Below are positions 28,744 through 37,727 of a stretch of DNA of 64,000 nt, piece by piece; positions within the stretch are counted from its first letter, which is position 1; every line of letters begins with the position of its first letter. The notes under the pieces were generated by a model that was given only the letters and a program-made list of their open reading frames with translations, was not told the DNA's origin and searched no databases. Origin of the DNA: Ignavibacteriota bacterium (GTDB taxonomy: Bacteria > Bacteroidota > Ignavibacteria > Palsa-1295); assembly GCA_963787835.1 (NCBI GenBank), contig CAWBEI010000002.1:1216001-1280000 (forward strand). The letters run 5' to 3'. Made by a program: the position numbers and the translations under genes.

Positions 28744-29174
28744 GTCATTGCGAGAAGGAATCACGCAGCGGAGCGGAGTGATTCCTTCGAAGCAATCTCA
28801 CTCTTTAAGTTTATAGTACAATGTCATCGTACAAATCTTTCCATTCGGGGTTCATGGATCGAATCAACGATTCTTTCTTCGCCCTTGAGCCTGCCTTTAT
28901 CTGCTTCTCTCGAGCGATTGCAATATCCGGCTGCTCGAAGAATTCGTAATACACAAGCTTGTGTACCCGATACCTCGATGTAAATCCTGGTATCTTCATT
29001 TCACGATGTTCCGCGATCCTTCGTACAAGGTTATTTGTGACTCCGGTGTAAAGCACTCGATTGCTAACATTCGTTGTAATATAGACTGCAAAAAACGTCT
29101 GAGTCATTTCAAGAGTGAGATTGCTTCGGAAAGAATTGCTCCGCTCCGCTGCGCAATTCTTTCCTCGCAATGAC
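28744..29174 (-). mobile_element. GIY-YIG gene flanked by ~62-bp inverted repeats (family B) between nuoC and nuoD
   Basis: IR 28744-28805 and 29111-29174: GTCATTGCGAG..[hairpin]..CGAAGCAATCTCACTCTT; mobility is inferred. Confidence 0.7.
28811..29107 (-). CDS. Stand-alone GIY-YIG nuclease (98 aa)
   Basis: VYI..LYTGVTNNLVRRIAEH..GFT..REKQIKAGSR..NPEWKDL. Confidence 0.9.
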   Translation of the reverse strand: MTQTFFAVYITTNVSNRVLYTGVTNNLVRRIAEHREMKIPGFTSRYRVHKLVYYEFFEQPDIAIAREKQIKAGSRAKKESLIRSMNPEWKDLYDDIVL

Positions 29175-29198
29175 ATAATAAAATGTTTGATTCATTTC

Positions 29199-29720
29199 TT
29201 AATACGGCACCTTCATCCCATGATAAAAATCGGGTTCCCTAAAATCTTTGCGCAAGGGATGCCCCGGATAATCATCATCCAATAAGATACGGCGATGATC
29301 CGGATGCCCATCGAAATGAATGCCCATCATATCCCACGCTTCGCGCTCTTGCCAGTTGGCGTGTAGCCATATATCGGTTACCGATGGCACATGAGCATTC
29401 TCAGCAGGGACCGTAACCTTCAGTGCGATCTGATGTTGATGCTTCGTCGATTCCAGATGATAGACAACTGAAAGCGTGCCATTGCCATTATCGAGCGAAG
29501 AAAGCAAGAGCAAGCTGTCGAATGCAAGCTGGGGCTCATCGCGAAGAAAAAATGCGAGGTCACGAATGGATGCTGGATCCATAACGGCGAAATACGAACC
29601 CATCCGGCGCTGATAGGCATTCTCGGAATTGGATTCATGCCATGTGCCAACCTTCTCCCCAAAGAAAGAATGTATCGCCGCAACAATATCTGTAGAAATC
29701 ATCGAATCATCCAAAATCAT
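29199..29720 (-). CDS. nuoC: NADH-quinone oxidoreductase subunit C
   Basis: ANWQEREAWDMMGIHFDGHPDHRRILL..GHPLRKDF; start may be 29702. Confidence 0.93.
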   Translation of the reverse strand: MILDDSMISTDIVAAIHSFFGEKVGTWHESNSENAYQRRMGSYFAVMDPASIRDLAFFLRDEPQLAFDSLLLLSSLDNGNGTLSVVYHLESTKHQHQIALKVTVPAENAHVPSVTDIWLHANWQEREAWDMMGIHFDGHPDHRRILLDDDYPGHPLRKDFREPDFYHGMKVPY

Positions 29721-29763
29721 CCGCGTAATCCCCTTTAATCCGCGTAATCATGGTTCTGTCCCC
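29700..29763. repeat. Degenerate nonamer repeat at the nuoB/nuoC junction
   Basis: CATCCGCGT AATCCCCTTT AATCCGCGT AATCATGGTTCTGTCCC. Confidence 0.6.
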
Positions 29764-30250
29764 TTACTATTTCCTGGAGTTTCATCAAACCTTCGAGCAA
29801 CGCTTCGGGGCGTGGCGGGCAGCCGGGAATATATACGTCCACCGGAATAATTCGATCGACGCCTTTGAGCACATGGTAACCATATTCCCAATACGGTCCA
29901 CCACAGTTGGAGCAGTTACCCATGGAGATGACGTATTTCGGATCGGCCATTTGCTCGTAGAGCATCTTAATGCGCGTGGCCATTTTGAGCGTTACGGTTC
30001 CCGAAATGATGATCACATCCGATTGCCGCGGACTTGGGCGCGGAATAACTCCGAAGCGCATCATGTCGTAATGTGAGGCGGCGGTGGCCATCATTTCAAT
30101 GGCGCAGCAGGCGAGGCCAAAGCTCATTTGCCATAGGCTCGAAAGGCGCGACCAATCGAACAGCACATCGAGGCTTGTCACGATTATGTTTGATTCCCCC
30201 GTTTTATCGGTGGGAATTACCGGGAGCTCGAGTTTATCTAAATAGCCCAT
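29735..30250 (-). CDS. nuoB: NADH-quinone oxidoreductase subunit B
   Basis: [29 protein letters not shown]. Confidence 0.96.
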   Translation of the reverse strand: MGYLDKLELPVIPTDKTGESNIIVTSLDVLFDWSRLSSLWQMSFGLACCAIEMMATAASHYDMMRFGVIPRPSPRQSDVIIISGTVTLKMATRIKMLYEQMADPKYVISMGNCSNCGGPYWEYGYHVLKGVDRIIPVDVYIPGCPPRPEALLEGLMKLQEIVRGQNHDYAD

Positions 30251-30255
30251 GTGAA

Positions 30256-30367
30256 AATTACGAATTACAAATTACGAATGGAAATTGAAAATAGTTTTTC
30301 TCAGTGTGGCTCCGGTAAAAGCTGTGCTTGCGGAGATTTGAAATTCGTAATTCGTAATTCGTAATTT
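30256..30367. repeat. Gene-less inverted pair of AATTACG heptamer arrays
   Basis: AATTACG AATTACA AATTACG at 30256 onward; TTTGAAATTCGTAATTCGTAATTCGTAATTT at 30337-30367 inside the nuoA 3' end. Confidence 0.8.
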
Positions 30368-30768
30368 TTCATAACAACGACATCCTTTAACCTTGCAACA
30401 TAGGGCTTGGGACGCGCCCAATCGAGATCGCCTTTGGCCCACACATAGATGTATCCGACAAGTAAAATTCCGAGAAACGTGAACATTTCCGCAATGGCAA
30501 ACCAGCCCATACGTTTGAAGATCAAAGCCCAGGGAAAAAGGAACAAAATCTCGACATCAAACAAAATAAAGATCAGCGCGACCACATAATAGCGAATGTT
30601 GAACTTCACCCACGCGCCGCCGATAGGATCCTCGCCGCATTCATAGGAGGAAAGCTTGAACTGGTTCGGATTTTTCGGACGCAGAATTTTGCTCGTAAGC
30701 AACCCACCTGCGACAAAGATGATCGCGAGTATGATGAACGCAAATACGTGACTGAATTCCCCTAACAC
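30301..30768 (-). CDS. nuoA: NADH-quinone oxidoreductase subunit A
   Basis: YECGEDP, ALIFILFDVEILFLFPW, KGDLDW. Confidence 0.95.
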   Translation of the reverse strand: MLGEFSHVFAFIILAIIFVAGGLLTSKILRPKNPNQFKLSSYECGEDPIGGAWVKFNIRYYVVALIFILFDVEILFLFPWALIFKRMGWFAIAEMFTFLGILLVGYIYVWAKGDLDWARPKPYVARLKDVVVMKNYELRITNFKSPQAQLLPEPH

Positions 30769-30855
30769 GACTGAGATTTATTGGATTTTAGCGTGATGTA
30801 TGAGATTGGAAAACGCATTGACGTTAGAGATAATGCCGAGCGGGTGTTAATACCA

Positions 30856-30958
30856 CGTCATTGCGATGAAGCAATCTCTGGCAGTCGTACTGTAAGCGGA
30901 GGGATTGCTTCGTCGAGCTTGATCGGCTGTCGCCGCTCAAGCCCTCCTCGCAATGACG
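30856..30958. repeat. Gene-less family B inverted repeat pair (CGTC-REP dimer)
   Basis: CGTCATTGCGATGAAGCAATC ... GATTGCTTCGTCG..[hairpin]..CCTCGCAATGACG. Confidence 0.85.
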
Positions 30959-30987
30959 GTAAAAACACTTTTATAGATTCAGACAAT

Positions 30988-31016
30988 AAAAAGGCCGCGA
31001 ACACTCGCGGCCTTTC
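30988..31016 (-). terminator. Rho-independent terminator after the cyclophilin gene
   Basis: AAGGCCGCGA-acac-TCGCGGCCTT stem with A-run (U-tract on the minus strand). Confidence 0.75.
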
Positions 31017-31036
31017 TAAAACATCGGAGCGATCTA

Positions 31037-31714
31037 TCACTCGTTCTCGACATACATCTTTATTACACCTGCAGCTTTTCCGGGATTCGTGCCGCCCGGC
31101 TTGCCGACATTGGGAAGATTCACGATCTTGTCCACAACGTCCATTCCCTCAATAACCTGACCAAACGCAGTATAGCCACCATAGGGGCCTCCCTTATCGA
31201 GATTTCCCACCGAAGCATTATCAGCCACGCAGATGAAGAACTGGCAGGAAGCGGAATTTAGATCTTGGGTTCGCGCCATCGAAAGGATGCCGCGCGTGTG
31301 ATGGATGTCATTTAATTCCGCCATGAGTCTGTTTGACCCGTTATTCCCAATTCCATCGTTCGACAAATCATCGTCTTTCGTATTCGGATCTCCGCCCTGG
31401 ATCATAAATCCGGGAATGACACGATGAAAATAGGTACCATCGTAAAAATGGGTGTCAGCCAATTTTATGATATTTGCAACATGGTTCGGCGCGACTTTTT
31501 CGAAAAGCTGAAGCTTGATCGTGCCCAGCTTTGTAACAATGACAAGATGTCGCTTAGGATGTGCAGTGTATTTATCCAATTTGGTACCGGTATATGGTGG
31601 TTTGTAATCTGAGCCGTTGCCCATAATGGTTGTGGCGTTAGTAATGGTTAGTGTTGCGGCACAGAGTGCAAGTGCTGCCGCGAACATGAAGGAGTGTTTG
31701 ATCTTTTTATTCAT
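31037..31714 (-). CDS. Cyclophilin-type peptidyl-prolyl isomerase, exported
   Basis: FYDGTYFHRVIPGFMIQGGDP, GILSMAR, QFFI, FGQVIEGMDVV. Confidence 0.93.
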   Translation of the reverse strand: MNKKIKHSFMFAAALALCAATLTITNATTIMGNGSDYKPPYTGTKLDKYTAHPKRHLVIVTKLGTIKLQLFEKVAPNHVANIIKLADTHFYDGTYFHRVIPGFMIQGGDPNTKDDDLSNDGIGNNGSNRLMAELNDIHHTRGILSMARTQDLNSASCQFFICVADNASVGNLDKGGPYGGYTAFGQVIEGMDVVDKIVNLPNVGKPGGTNPGKAAGVIKMYVENE

Positions 31715-31799
31715 GCAAGTGGATTAAAACGAGAAAACCAAAATATTAGAAAATATAATAAGCCAAAAAACAGCGAACCGTTCCCCCATTATTTTGTCA

Positions 31800-31954
31800 T
31801 GTCATTCTGAGCGGAGCAAACGGGAGTCCGGTCTCAACGGACTCCCGTTTGCGGAGTCGAAGAATCATTTTTCTTTGAGTAGATCCTTCGACTCCGTTTG
31901 TCCCTGCAAGCATCGTGGGCGATCCGCGTCGGGACACACTCGTTCATGATGACA
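31800..31954. repeat. Gene-less family A inverted repeat pair
   Basis: TGTCATTCTGAGCGGAG[GCAAACGGGAGTCCG hairpin]GGAGTCGAAGAATC ... GATCCTTCGACTCCG..GATGACA. Confidence 0.85.
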
Positions 31955-31967
31955 TTGATCATTTACA

Positions 31968-32768
31968 TCACTCGATGGTAATTTTTCCCGTGGGACTGTT
32001 ATACGTCCCAGGCACGACATTTCCATCGGGCGCGATGAGTTGCAATTTAATGGTGTGCTCTCCTTTTGCAAGTCCTGTAATGAAATAGGGTTGCCATTTT
32101 ACGATATCTGGCATGGACGTAGTATCGATCCAAACCTTCACTTTGAATTTGTCAGGAGCAAGTTCGGCGTTCGATACAAAAAAATCCAGCAGGATTTTAG
32201 AATCCTCACCGGCGGTGTAGGTTCCTTTCGGTCTGGAATAGGTTAGAAGCGGTCCGTTCAGATCATTGGATCGCGCGGTATCGGCAGCCATCTTTCCAAC
32301 ATAAAACGTGCGCGTTGAGAACGCACGAGGTGATTTAATGCTCTCATGCCATGAGAAGGATGGAAACGCCCGAATCGTGTGCCTCCCGGGAGCAAGTACG
32401 CCAATATTAAAAGGCTCCCCACTTTTGTAATTTGCCATGTACGGCTTTTCGTCAACGATCACATGGATGTGCTGGCCTTGCTTTGAGTATGCAATGCCGA
32501 GCGTACTATCTCCTTCGGTATGGACCCCCAGGGTGGTACCAGAGACTTGCATAACCACCTTTACGGAATCCGAGGCATTTTTCAAAACTTCTCCTTCTTT
32601 CGGTGTGACAATGCTCAGCGAAACGTCTGGATAGGTATGCTGCGGCGCTGGAACGAGTGCAACGTGTGCCGTCGTATCGACGGGAGCCTGTTGCTCGTGT
32701 TTGCCACAGGAAATGAGACTGGTTGAAAGAAGTGCTGTTAAAAAAATGACGGAAAAAGTTTTGTTCAT
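31968..32768 (-). CDS. Hypothetical lipoprotein
   Basis: Lipobox LISC; GQHIHVIVD, HESIK, YSRPKG. Confidence 0.7.
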   Translation of the reverse strand: MNKTFSVIFLTALLSTSLISCGKHEQQAPVDTTAHVALVPAPQHTYPDVSLSIVTPKEGEVLKNASDSVKVVMQVSGTTLGVHTEGDSTLGIAYSKQGQHIHVIVDEKPYMANYKSGEPFNIGVLAPGRHTIRAFPSFSWHESIKSPRAFSTRTFYVGKMAADTARSNDLNGPLLTYSRPKGTYTAGEDSKILLDFFVSNAELAPDKFKVKVWIDTTSMPDIVKWQPYFITGLAKGEHTIKLQLIAPDGNVVPGTYNSPTGKITIE

Positions 32769-32903
32769 GATTATTGACCTCAAAGGTATTGTCCGACATA
32801 CGGAGTATTGGTTTTTATGTAACACTATGTTTGCTCTGTTAGTGTGACGCTCTCAGTGTGTTGTAAACGAATCCCTCCGCTCAATATTCCGTACACCTTC
32901 AAG

Positions 32904-34241
32904 ATGACGCTTCAGCCTGTTGCCATAAAGCGGTCCGTTTTTAGCTTGTTTGCGGGAACATTCCGTTCCCTGCGTCATCGCAATTACCGGCTGTTCTTTA
33001 TTGGCCAACTGATCTCGCTCATTGGGACGTGGCTTCAAAATACGGCGCTGTCGTGGCTTGTCTATTCCATAACGAAAGACCCCATGATGCTGGGCATCAT
33101 GAGCTTTCTCGGATCGATTCCCATTTTATTCTTATCGCTCATTGCCGGAACGGTCGCCGATGAACATCCCAAACGCCGAATACTTGTTATCACCCAGGCC
33201 TCTGCTGCGGTGCAGGCGATTCTGCTCGCGGTCGCGATCTGGACCCACAGCGTGACGGTCATCGTGATCGGTTCAGCTAATCTATTGCTCGGGATCATTA
33301 ATGCGTTCGATATGCCAACGCGGCAGTCCTTCGTCGTTGAAATGGCAAGCAAGGAAGATGTGACGAACGCCGTTGCGCTGAACTCTGCCATTTTTAATGC
33401 AGCGCGTCTTCTCGGTCCGGCCTTTGCGGGATATATTATCTACGCACTTTCTATCGACATGTGCTTCTTCCTGAACGGCATATCGTATATTGCCGTCATC
33501 ATCGGTCTTCTGATGATGCGTTTCAACCGCCCGCAGGTAAGAACTCGTTCCAGCGAGGTCTCGCGTATGGGAGCCATGAAGGAGGGCGTTACGTACCTTT
33601 ACTCGGTCCCGCAACTTCGCGCGCTGATGTTCCTTGTTATTGGAATGACGCTTTTTGGATGGAGCTATACGGTGAATCTTCCAGTGGTCGCCGGGCACTT
33701 GCTGCATGGCGGATCTTCCACCTATAGCGCATTGCTATCCGCGAATGGCGCGGGTGCATTGCTCGCGGCGCTATCGCAAGCTGCCTTGGCCGGAAAGCTC
33801 GATTCACGGAAGATGCTATTTACGGGGCTTGCCGTTTTTATACTCGCGCTTGTTGGGATCTCGTTTGCCCATAGCCTGACGGTATCGGTGATCTTGCTCC
33901 TGTTGATCGGGTGGGGTCTCATTACATTCTTTATCACAGCAAATACAACGCTTCAACGGCGTGTGCCGGATGAACTTCGTGGCCGCGTGATGAGCATTTA
34001 TTCTTTCGCGTTTGCGGGACTGTTCCCATTCGGAAGTTTGCTGGCCGGTTGGGTCGCTTCGACCTTTGGAGTTGCAGATGCGTTTCGGTTGAATGCATTG
34101 CTGCTTACATGCTTTGCAGTCCCGGCATTTTTGTTCATTCGAAAGCTCCCGAGACTTTCGACCACGCGAGCAGAATCGGTTCGGGAAATGCTCGCAGGGG
34201 AGCGGGAAGCCATCGAAGCGGAACAGATTTCACGAGGATAG
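32904..34241 (+). CDS. MFS transporter (MFS_3-like)
   Basis: LRHRNYRLFFIGQLISLIGTW, DMPTRQS, LRGRVMS; about 12 TM segments. Confidence 0.9.
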   Translation: MTLQPVAIKRSVFSLFAGTFRSLRHRNYRLFFIGQLISLIGTWLQNTALSWLVYSITKDPMMLGIMSFLGSIPILFLSLIAGTVADEHPKRRILVITQASAAVQAILLAVAIWTHSVTVIVIGSANLLLGIINAFDMPTRQSFVVEMASKEDVTNAVALNSAIFNAARLLGPAFAGYIIYALSIDMCFFLNGISYIAVIIGLLMMRFNRPQVRTRSSEVSRMGAMKEGVTYLYSVPQLRALMFLVIGMTLFGWSYTVNLPVVAGHLLHGGSSTYSALLSANGAGALLAALSQAALAGKLDSRKMLFTGLAVFILALVGISFAHSLTVSVILLLLIGWGLITFFITANTTLQRRVPDELRGRVMSIYSFAFAGLFPFGSLLAGWVASTFGVADAFRLNALLLTCFAVPAFLFIRKLPRLSTTRAESVREMLAGEREAIEAEQISRG

Positions 34242-34281
34242 GCTTTTATAGAGATATGGGAGTTCTGTCAATCGTTTTGTC

Positions 34282-34695
34282 ATGATCGCCTCCATACTGT
34301 TGAAAGCAATGGCAGTCGGCTTACCGGATGATGTAAGCTCGGCGATCATTGGCCTTTTTTTTGGATTGATCTGTGGCCTGTTCTATTACCAGCATTATTA
34401 CAAGCCGTATTTCTGGGCATTTTCGCTGCTCGGGGGGCTTTTTTTTACGATGGCGTCCCACGCATTGTTCCTTCGGCGCTTTAACGTAAACGAAACGGCT
34501 TCCATCTGGCTTGTTATAGCATCTTTTTTGGTTCCATTCGCGCTGACCTTAGCGCTGAATCAGGGATTATATCGTATCAAGCATAACCGGCGAAAGCGAA
34601 GAATGAAATTGCGGCGGCCCACTCATTTTTTTGAAGTCATCGAGCCTACTGATACGGAGCAAGCCACGGAAACAGGGAAGGATATTTCACGTTGA
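34282..34695 (+). CDS. Hypothetical membrane protein
   Basis: Three hydrophobic segments and a basic tail; operon-like spacing. Confidence 0.55.
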   Translation: MIASILLKAMAVGLPDDVSSAIIGLFFGLICGLFYYQHYYKPYFWAFSLLGGLFFTMASHALFLRRFNVNETASIWLVIASFLVPFALTLALNQGLYRIKHNRRKRRMKLRRPTHFFEVIEPTDTEQATETGKDISR

Positions 34696-35042
34696 GATAC
34701 ATCATTGCAATTGGGATAGTGGCAATGCTGGCAGGCTGCTCGGTCGCGCCGCCGGTTCAGGAGCACATGATTATCGCTCCGCACTCCATGGTGCTTTCCG
34801 TTTCCACTCCTGATTCGAGCGTTTCCATTACCCATTCCTGTACCTGCCCGTTCTCGTGGAACGCAACGGTCTCTCCGGTCTCACCGTGGCTTAGTTTTCC
34901 GGCCTCCCAGACCGGCGATAAATCGGATGTTCCGATCTCGATCGACTCCGCGCTCTTAACGGCAGATACCAATCGGGCAACTATTGTGATCGCCTCGAAT
35001 AGTTACGGCGAGGATTCGATCGTTGTTACGGCGATCAAATAA
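34692..35042 (+). CDS. Hypothetical lipoprotein
   Basis: Lipobox LAGC; beta-rich; TTGA overlap with the upstream stop. Confidence 0.6.
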   Translation: MRYIIAIGIVAMLAGCSVAPPVQEHMIIAPHSMVLSVSTPDSSVSITHSCTCPFSWNATVSPVSPWLSFPASQTGDKSDVPISIDSALLTADTNRATIVIASNSYGEDSIVVTAIK

Positions 35043-35047
35043 ATCCC

Positions 35048-35773
35048 TTACGTAAGCATTTCCAACACGCGCCGCTCGGATTCTTTCGTTATGCGCACTT
35101 CTTCAGCGCGTTTTTCCGATGGTGAGTCTGCGGACACCTGGCGAATCTCAATCGGTTCTCCTATCCGGATCTCAGCGGAATATCCCCAGTTCGGGAGCCA
35201 TTTTTGACGAGGCAAAATTTGATAGGATCCGATCAGCGCAACCGGCACAACGGGTACGTTGGCTTCCCGCGCTAAGTGAAATGCCCCACGCTTGAAGGAT
35301 TGCATGGTTCCATTGGGCGTTCGCGTTCCTTCCGGAAAAAAGAGAACAGATGCGCCGTTTCGAATCCGCTCGATGGCTTTTCCGATCGTTCGCTGCGCCT
35401 TTATGGGATTGGAACGATCGAGAACGAGAAATGGGCTGACCAGCAGCGCCCATCCCCAGATCGGAATGCGCGTTAGGGAACTTCGTAGCGTAAGCCGAAG
35501 ATTATCCGGAATATAGGCCAACAAAAGCGGGATGTCCATCAGGCTTGAATGATTTGCCGCATACACATAGTTTTGCCCTTTTTTGATATGCTCCGCTCCC
35601 GTAAGCTTTACGCGAACACCAAAGGATATCAGACACGATCTGCTCCAGATCTTTGCTAACCAAAGATAGCTTTTCCCGCTTGGATCGATGAGTGAGACGA
35701 CGACGGAAACGATCGAGCAAATAATGGTCGAAACGAGAAAAAGAATGGCACCTACAATGGAAAGTACGATCAC
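35048..35773 (-). CDS. plsC: 1-acyl-sn-glycerol-3-phosphate acyltransferase
   Basis: NHSSLMD, FFPEGTRT, FKRGAF. Confidence 0.92.
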   Translation of the reverse strand: MIVLSIVGAILFLVSTIICSIVSVVVSLIDPSGKSYLWLAKIWSRSCLISFGVRVKLTGAEHIKKGQNYVYAANHSSLMDIPLLLAYIPDNLRLTLRSSLTRIPIWGWALLVSPFLVLDRSNPIKAQRTIGKAIERIRNGASVLFFPEGTRTPNGTMQSFKRGAFHLAREANVPVVPVALIGSYQILPRQKWLPNWGYSAEIRIGEPIEIRQVSADSPSEKRAEEVRITKESERRVLEMLT

Positions 35774-36390
35774 TGGAGGGTTTCCAGTCTCTTCAAATTC
35801 ATCGACTCCACCAATCGGCGTACTTCATTGATACTTTCTGCTCCATCCTCCACAACCGTTACCACATATCTATTTCCTGGAAAGATCGTGATCTCTCCAT
35901 GCGGTTCCTTCTTATCCATTGATTGGACGGCCCGATAGCCAGCAATGGAAGTCGTTTCGGTTCGCTCATCATTGTTATCGTCAAGATAGACTCCCTTAAA
36001 TTTTTGCCACGGATCGTAAAGATACGGCACGTATGCAAAGTCATCGATCTGAACTTTAAGTTTTTTCGTACCCATGACCAGAGTTTCTGCCACACGCGAG
36101 CGGTTAAAATTCTCTCGTACCTGGATCTCTTTTTCGATCTCGCCCTGGGGCGTCCAGCCCGGAAGCGTGGGAAGGAATGTTGCAAGCTGATCGGGTTCGA
36201 TCGCTTTAGCCATCGGCGGGAGGTTCGATCGCAGGGTATCGGCTTTCGGGGTGGTGTCGATCGGGGGCGGTTTCAATGCCGCAGAATCGCTCGTAGGCCG
36301 GAGAGAATCCAGCGACCCCGGAAGCTGCTCGTTCCGGCGGCAGCCGGACGCGATGCTAAGAAAAATGCAAAGTGTTAGTAAATATTTCAT
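35770..36390 (-). CDS. Hypothetical lipoprotein
   Basis: Lipobox ASGC; coupled to neighbours by 4-nt overlaps. Confidence 0.7.
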   Translation of the reverse strand: MKYLLTLCIFLSIASGCRRNEQLPGSLDSLRPTSDSAALKPPPIDTTPKADTLRSNLPPMAKAIEPDQLATFLPTLPGWTPQGEIEKEIQVRENFNRSRVAETLVMGTKKLKVQIDDFAYVPYLYDPWQKFKGVYLDDNNDERTETTSIAGYRAVQSMDKKEPHGEITIFPGNRYVVTVVEDGAESINEVRRLVESMNLKRLETLQ

Positions 36391-37163
36391 ATTCCCATCA
36401 TGCGATTGAGAAAATGTGCGCCTATCCAGAACAGGAGCATTCCCAGAAACACTAAGATAGGGCCACTACGTCCCCGAAGAAACGAGAGATCATGATTGCT
36501 TCGACGGTTGATCTCAGGAATAAGGTCTGCTGCGCCGACATAAACGGCACTGCCCGCACTGAACGCAAACAAGAAGCCGATCATCCGCGCATCGATAGAG
36601 ACGAACAGCAAAACGAAGAGTGCTCCAGCTAACGTGGCAGCGGGAAGCATGAAGGTTGCCGTTCGCGTTGCGCGTCTGGAACTGTGCCCGGCATGCATGA
36701 CACTTGCAACGGTCAGACCTTCGGGCACTTTGTGCAACAGGACGGCGGTAAAGACAAGGATACCAATGCTGGACTTTGCCTGCGTTGCCGCGCAAATAGC
36801 CATTCCATCAAAGAACGCGTGGACTGCAAGCCCACCAATGGCTCCGAACACTGAATGCGATGCAAGTACCGCCTCTTTATGCGTTTCCTCTCCGAAGTGC
36901 ATGTGGCCAGCGAGAATATGTTCGAAAAAATGCAGCGCGCTAAATCCGATGAGCATAGCCAACAACGCAAAATCGTTCCTGTTGGTGAGTGCAATGCTTT
37001 CCGGGATCAGTTCAAGGAATGCCAGTGCCAGTAAAAATCCCGCACCGATCGCAAGCAATGCTCCTTCCACGGCTTTCGGCCATCCTTTTTTTCGCTGCAC
37101 GAGCAAACCGCCGCTCATTTGAGCGACCGCCGCGATCAGGGAAAGGACAACTCCGAGGATCAG
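36387..37163 (-). CDS. ZIP family metal transporter
   Basis: HAFFDG, LHKVPEG, DLIPE; first ATG at 37118, probable true start CTG 37163. Confidence 0.85.
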   Translation of the reverse strand: MILGVVLSLIAAVAQMSGGLLVQRKKGWPKAVEGALLAIGAGFLLALAFLELIPESIALTNRNDFALLAMLIGFSALHFFEHILAGHMHFGEETHKEAVLASHSVFGAIGGLAVHAFFDGMAICAATQAKSSIGILVFTAVLLHKVPEGLTVASVMHAGHSSRRATRTATFMLPAATLAGALFVLLFVSIDARMIGFLFAFSAGSAVYVGAADLIPEINRRSNHDLSFLRGRSGPILVFLGMLLFWIGAHFLNRMMGI

Positions 37164-37636
37164 AATTCCCCCAACAGGAGCTTATCTCCAACGAGATAGA
37201 AGACCCAGCTTACTCTCCGTTGCTTTTTCCCATTGAGATGCACGATCTGAGAGATGTGTTTTTGTCCCGAAGGAGTGTCTTTCGTTTTAAATACCGTGTA
37301 GTAATCTCGGCGAGTATCAGGGAAATCATGAAAGAGCTGGGCTATTTTTTGAAGCGTGCTGGTGACGTACGCTCGTTCAGTAGAATCATTTGGATTTGCA
37401 GCTCGCAGCCATTGTTTGCTGGTATCCTTTATCGCGATCAGTGGCGCAGCACTATCGATGTTATTCGTAGCGGCGTAGCCTTTCAGATCCATGATGTGGC
37501 CGAATACCATGTCCGAAAGCGAGTCGCGGACCATTTGGGAAAGCATTACAATATCCGTGCGCGGCTTGTTGCCAAGGCCACCCTGCGCGAATGTGAGAGA
37601 TGGAAATAATAGAATTAGGAATATAAATTTCTTCAT
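37160..37636 (-). CDS. Hypothetical secreted protein
   Basis: Signal peptide MKKFIFLILLFPSLTFA. Confidence 0.7.
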   Translation of the reverse strand: MKKFIFLILLFPSLTFAQGGLGNKPRTDIVMLSQMVRDSLSDMVFGHIMDLKGYAATNNIDSAAPLIAIKDTSKQWLRAANPNDSTERAYVTSTLQKIAQLFHDFPDTRRDYYTVFKTKDTPSGQKHISQIVHLNGKKQRRVSWVFYLVGDKLLLGEF

Positions 37637-37727
37637 AAGTAAGAAAAGAAACGTGTAGCACCGGGAGTATACTCCCGTGGAAAGGATAGAATGTTGACGA
37701 ATCAGAGCACACGAATGTTATTATATC

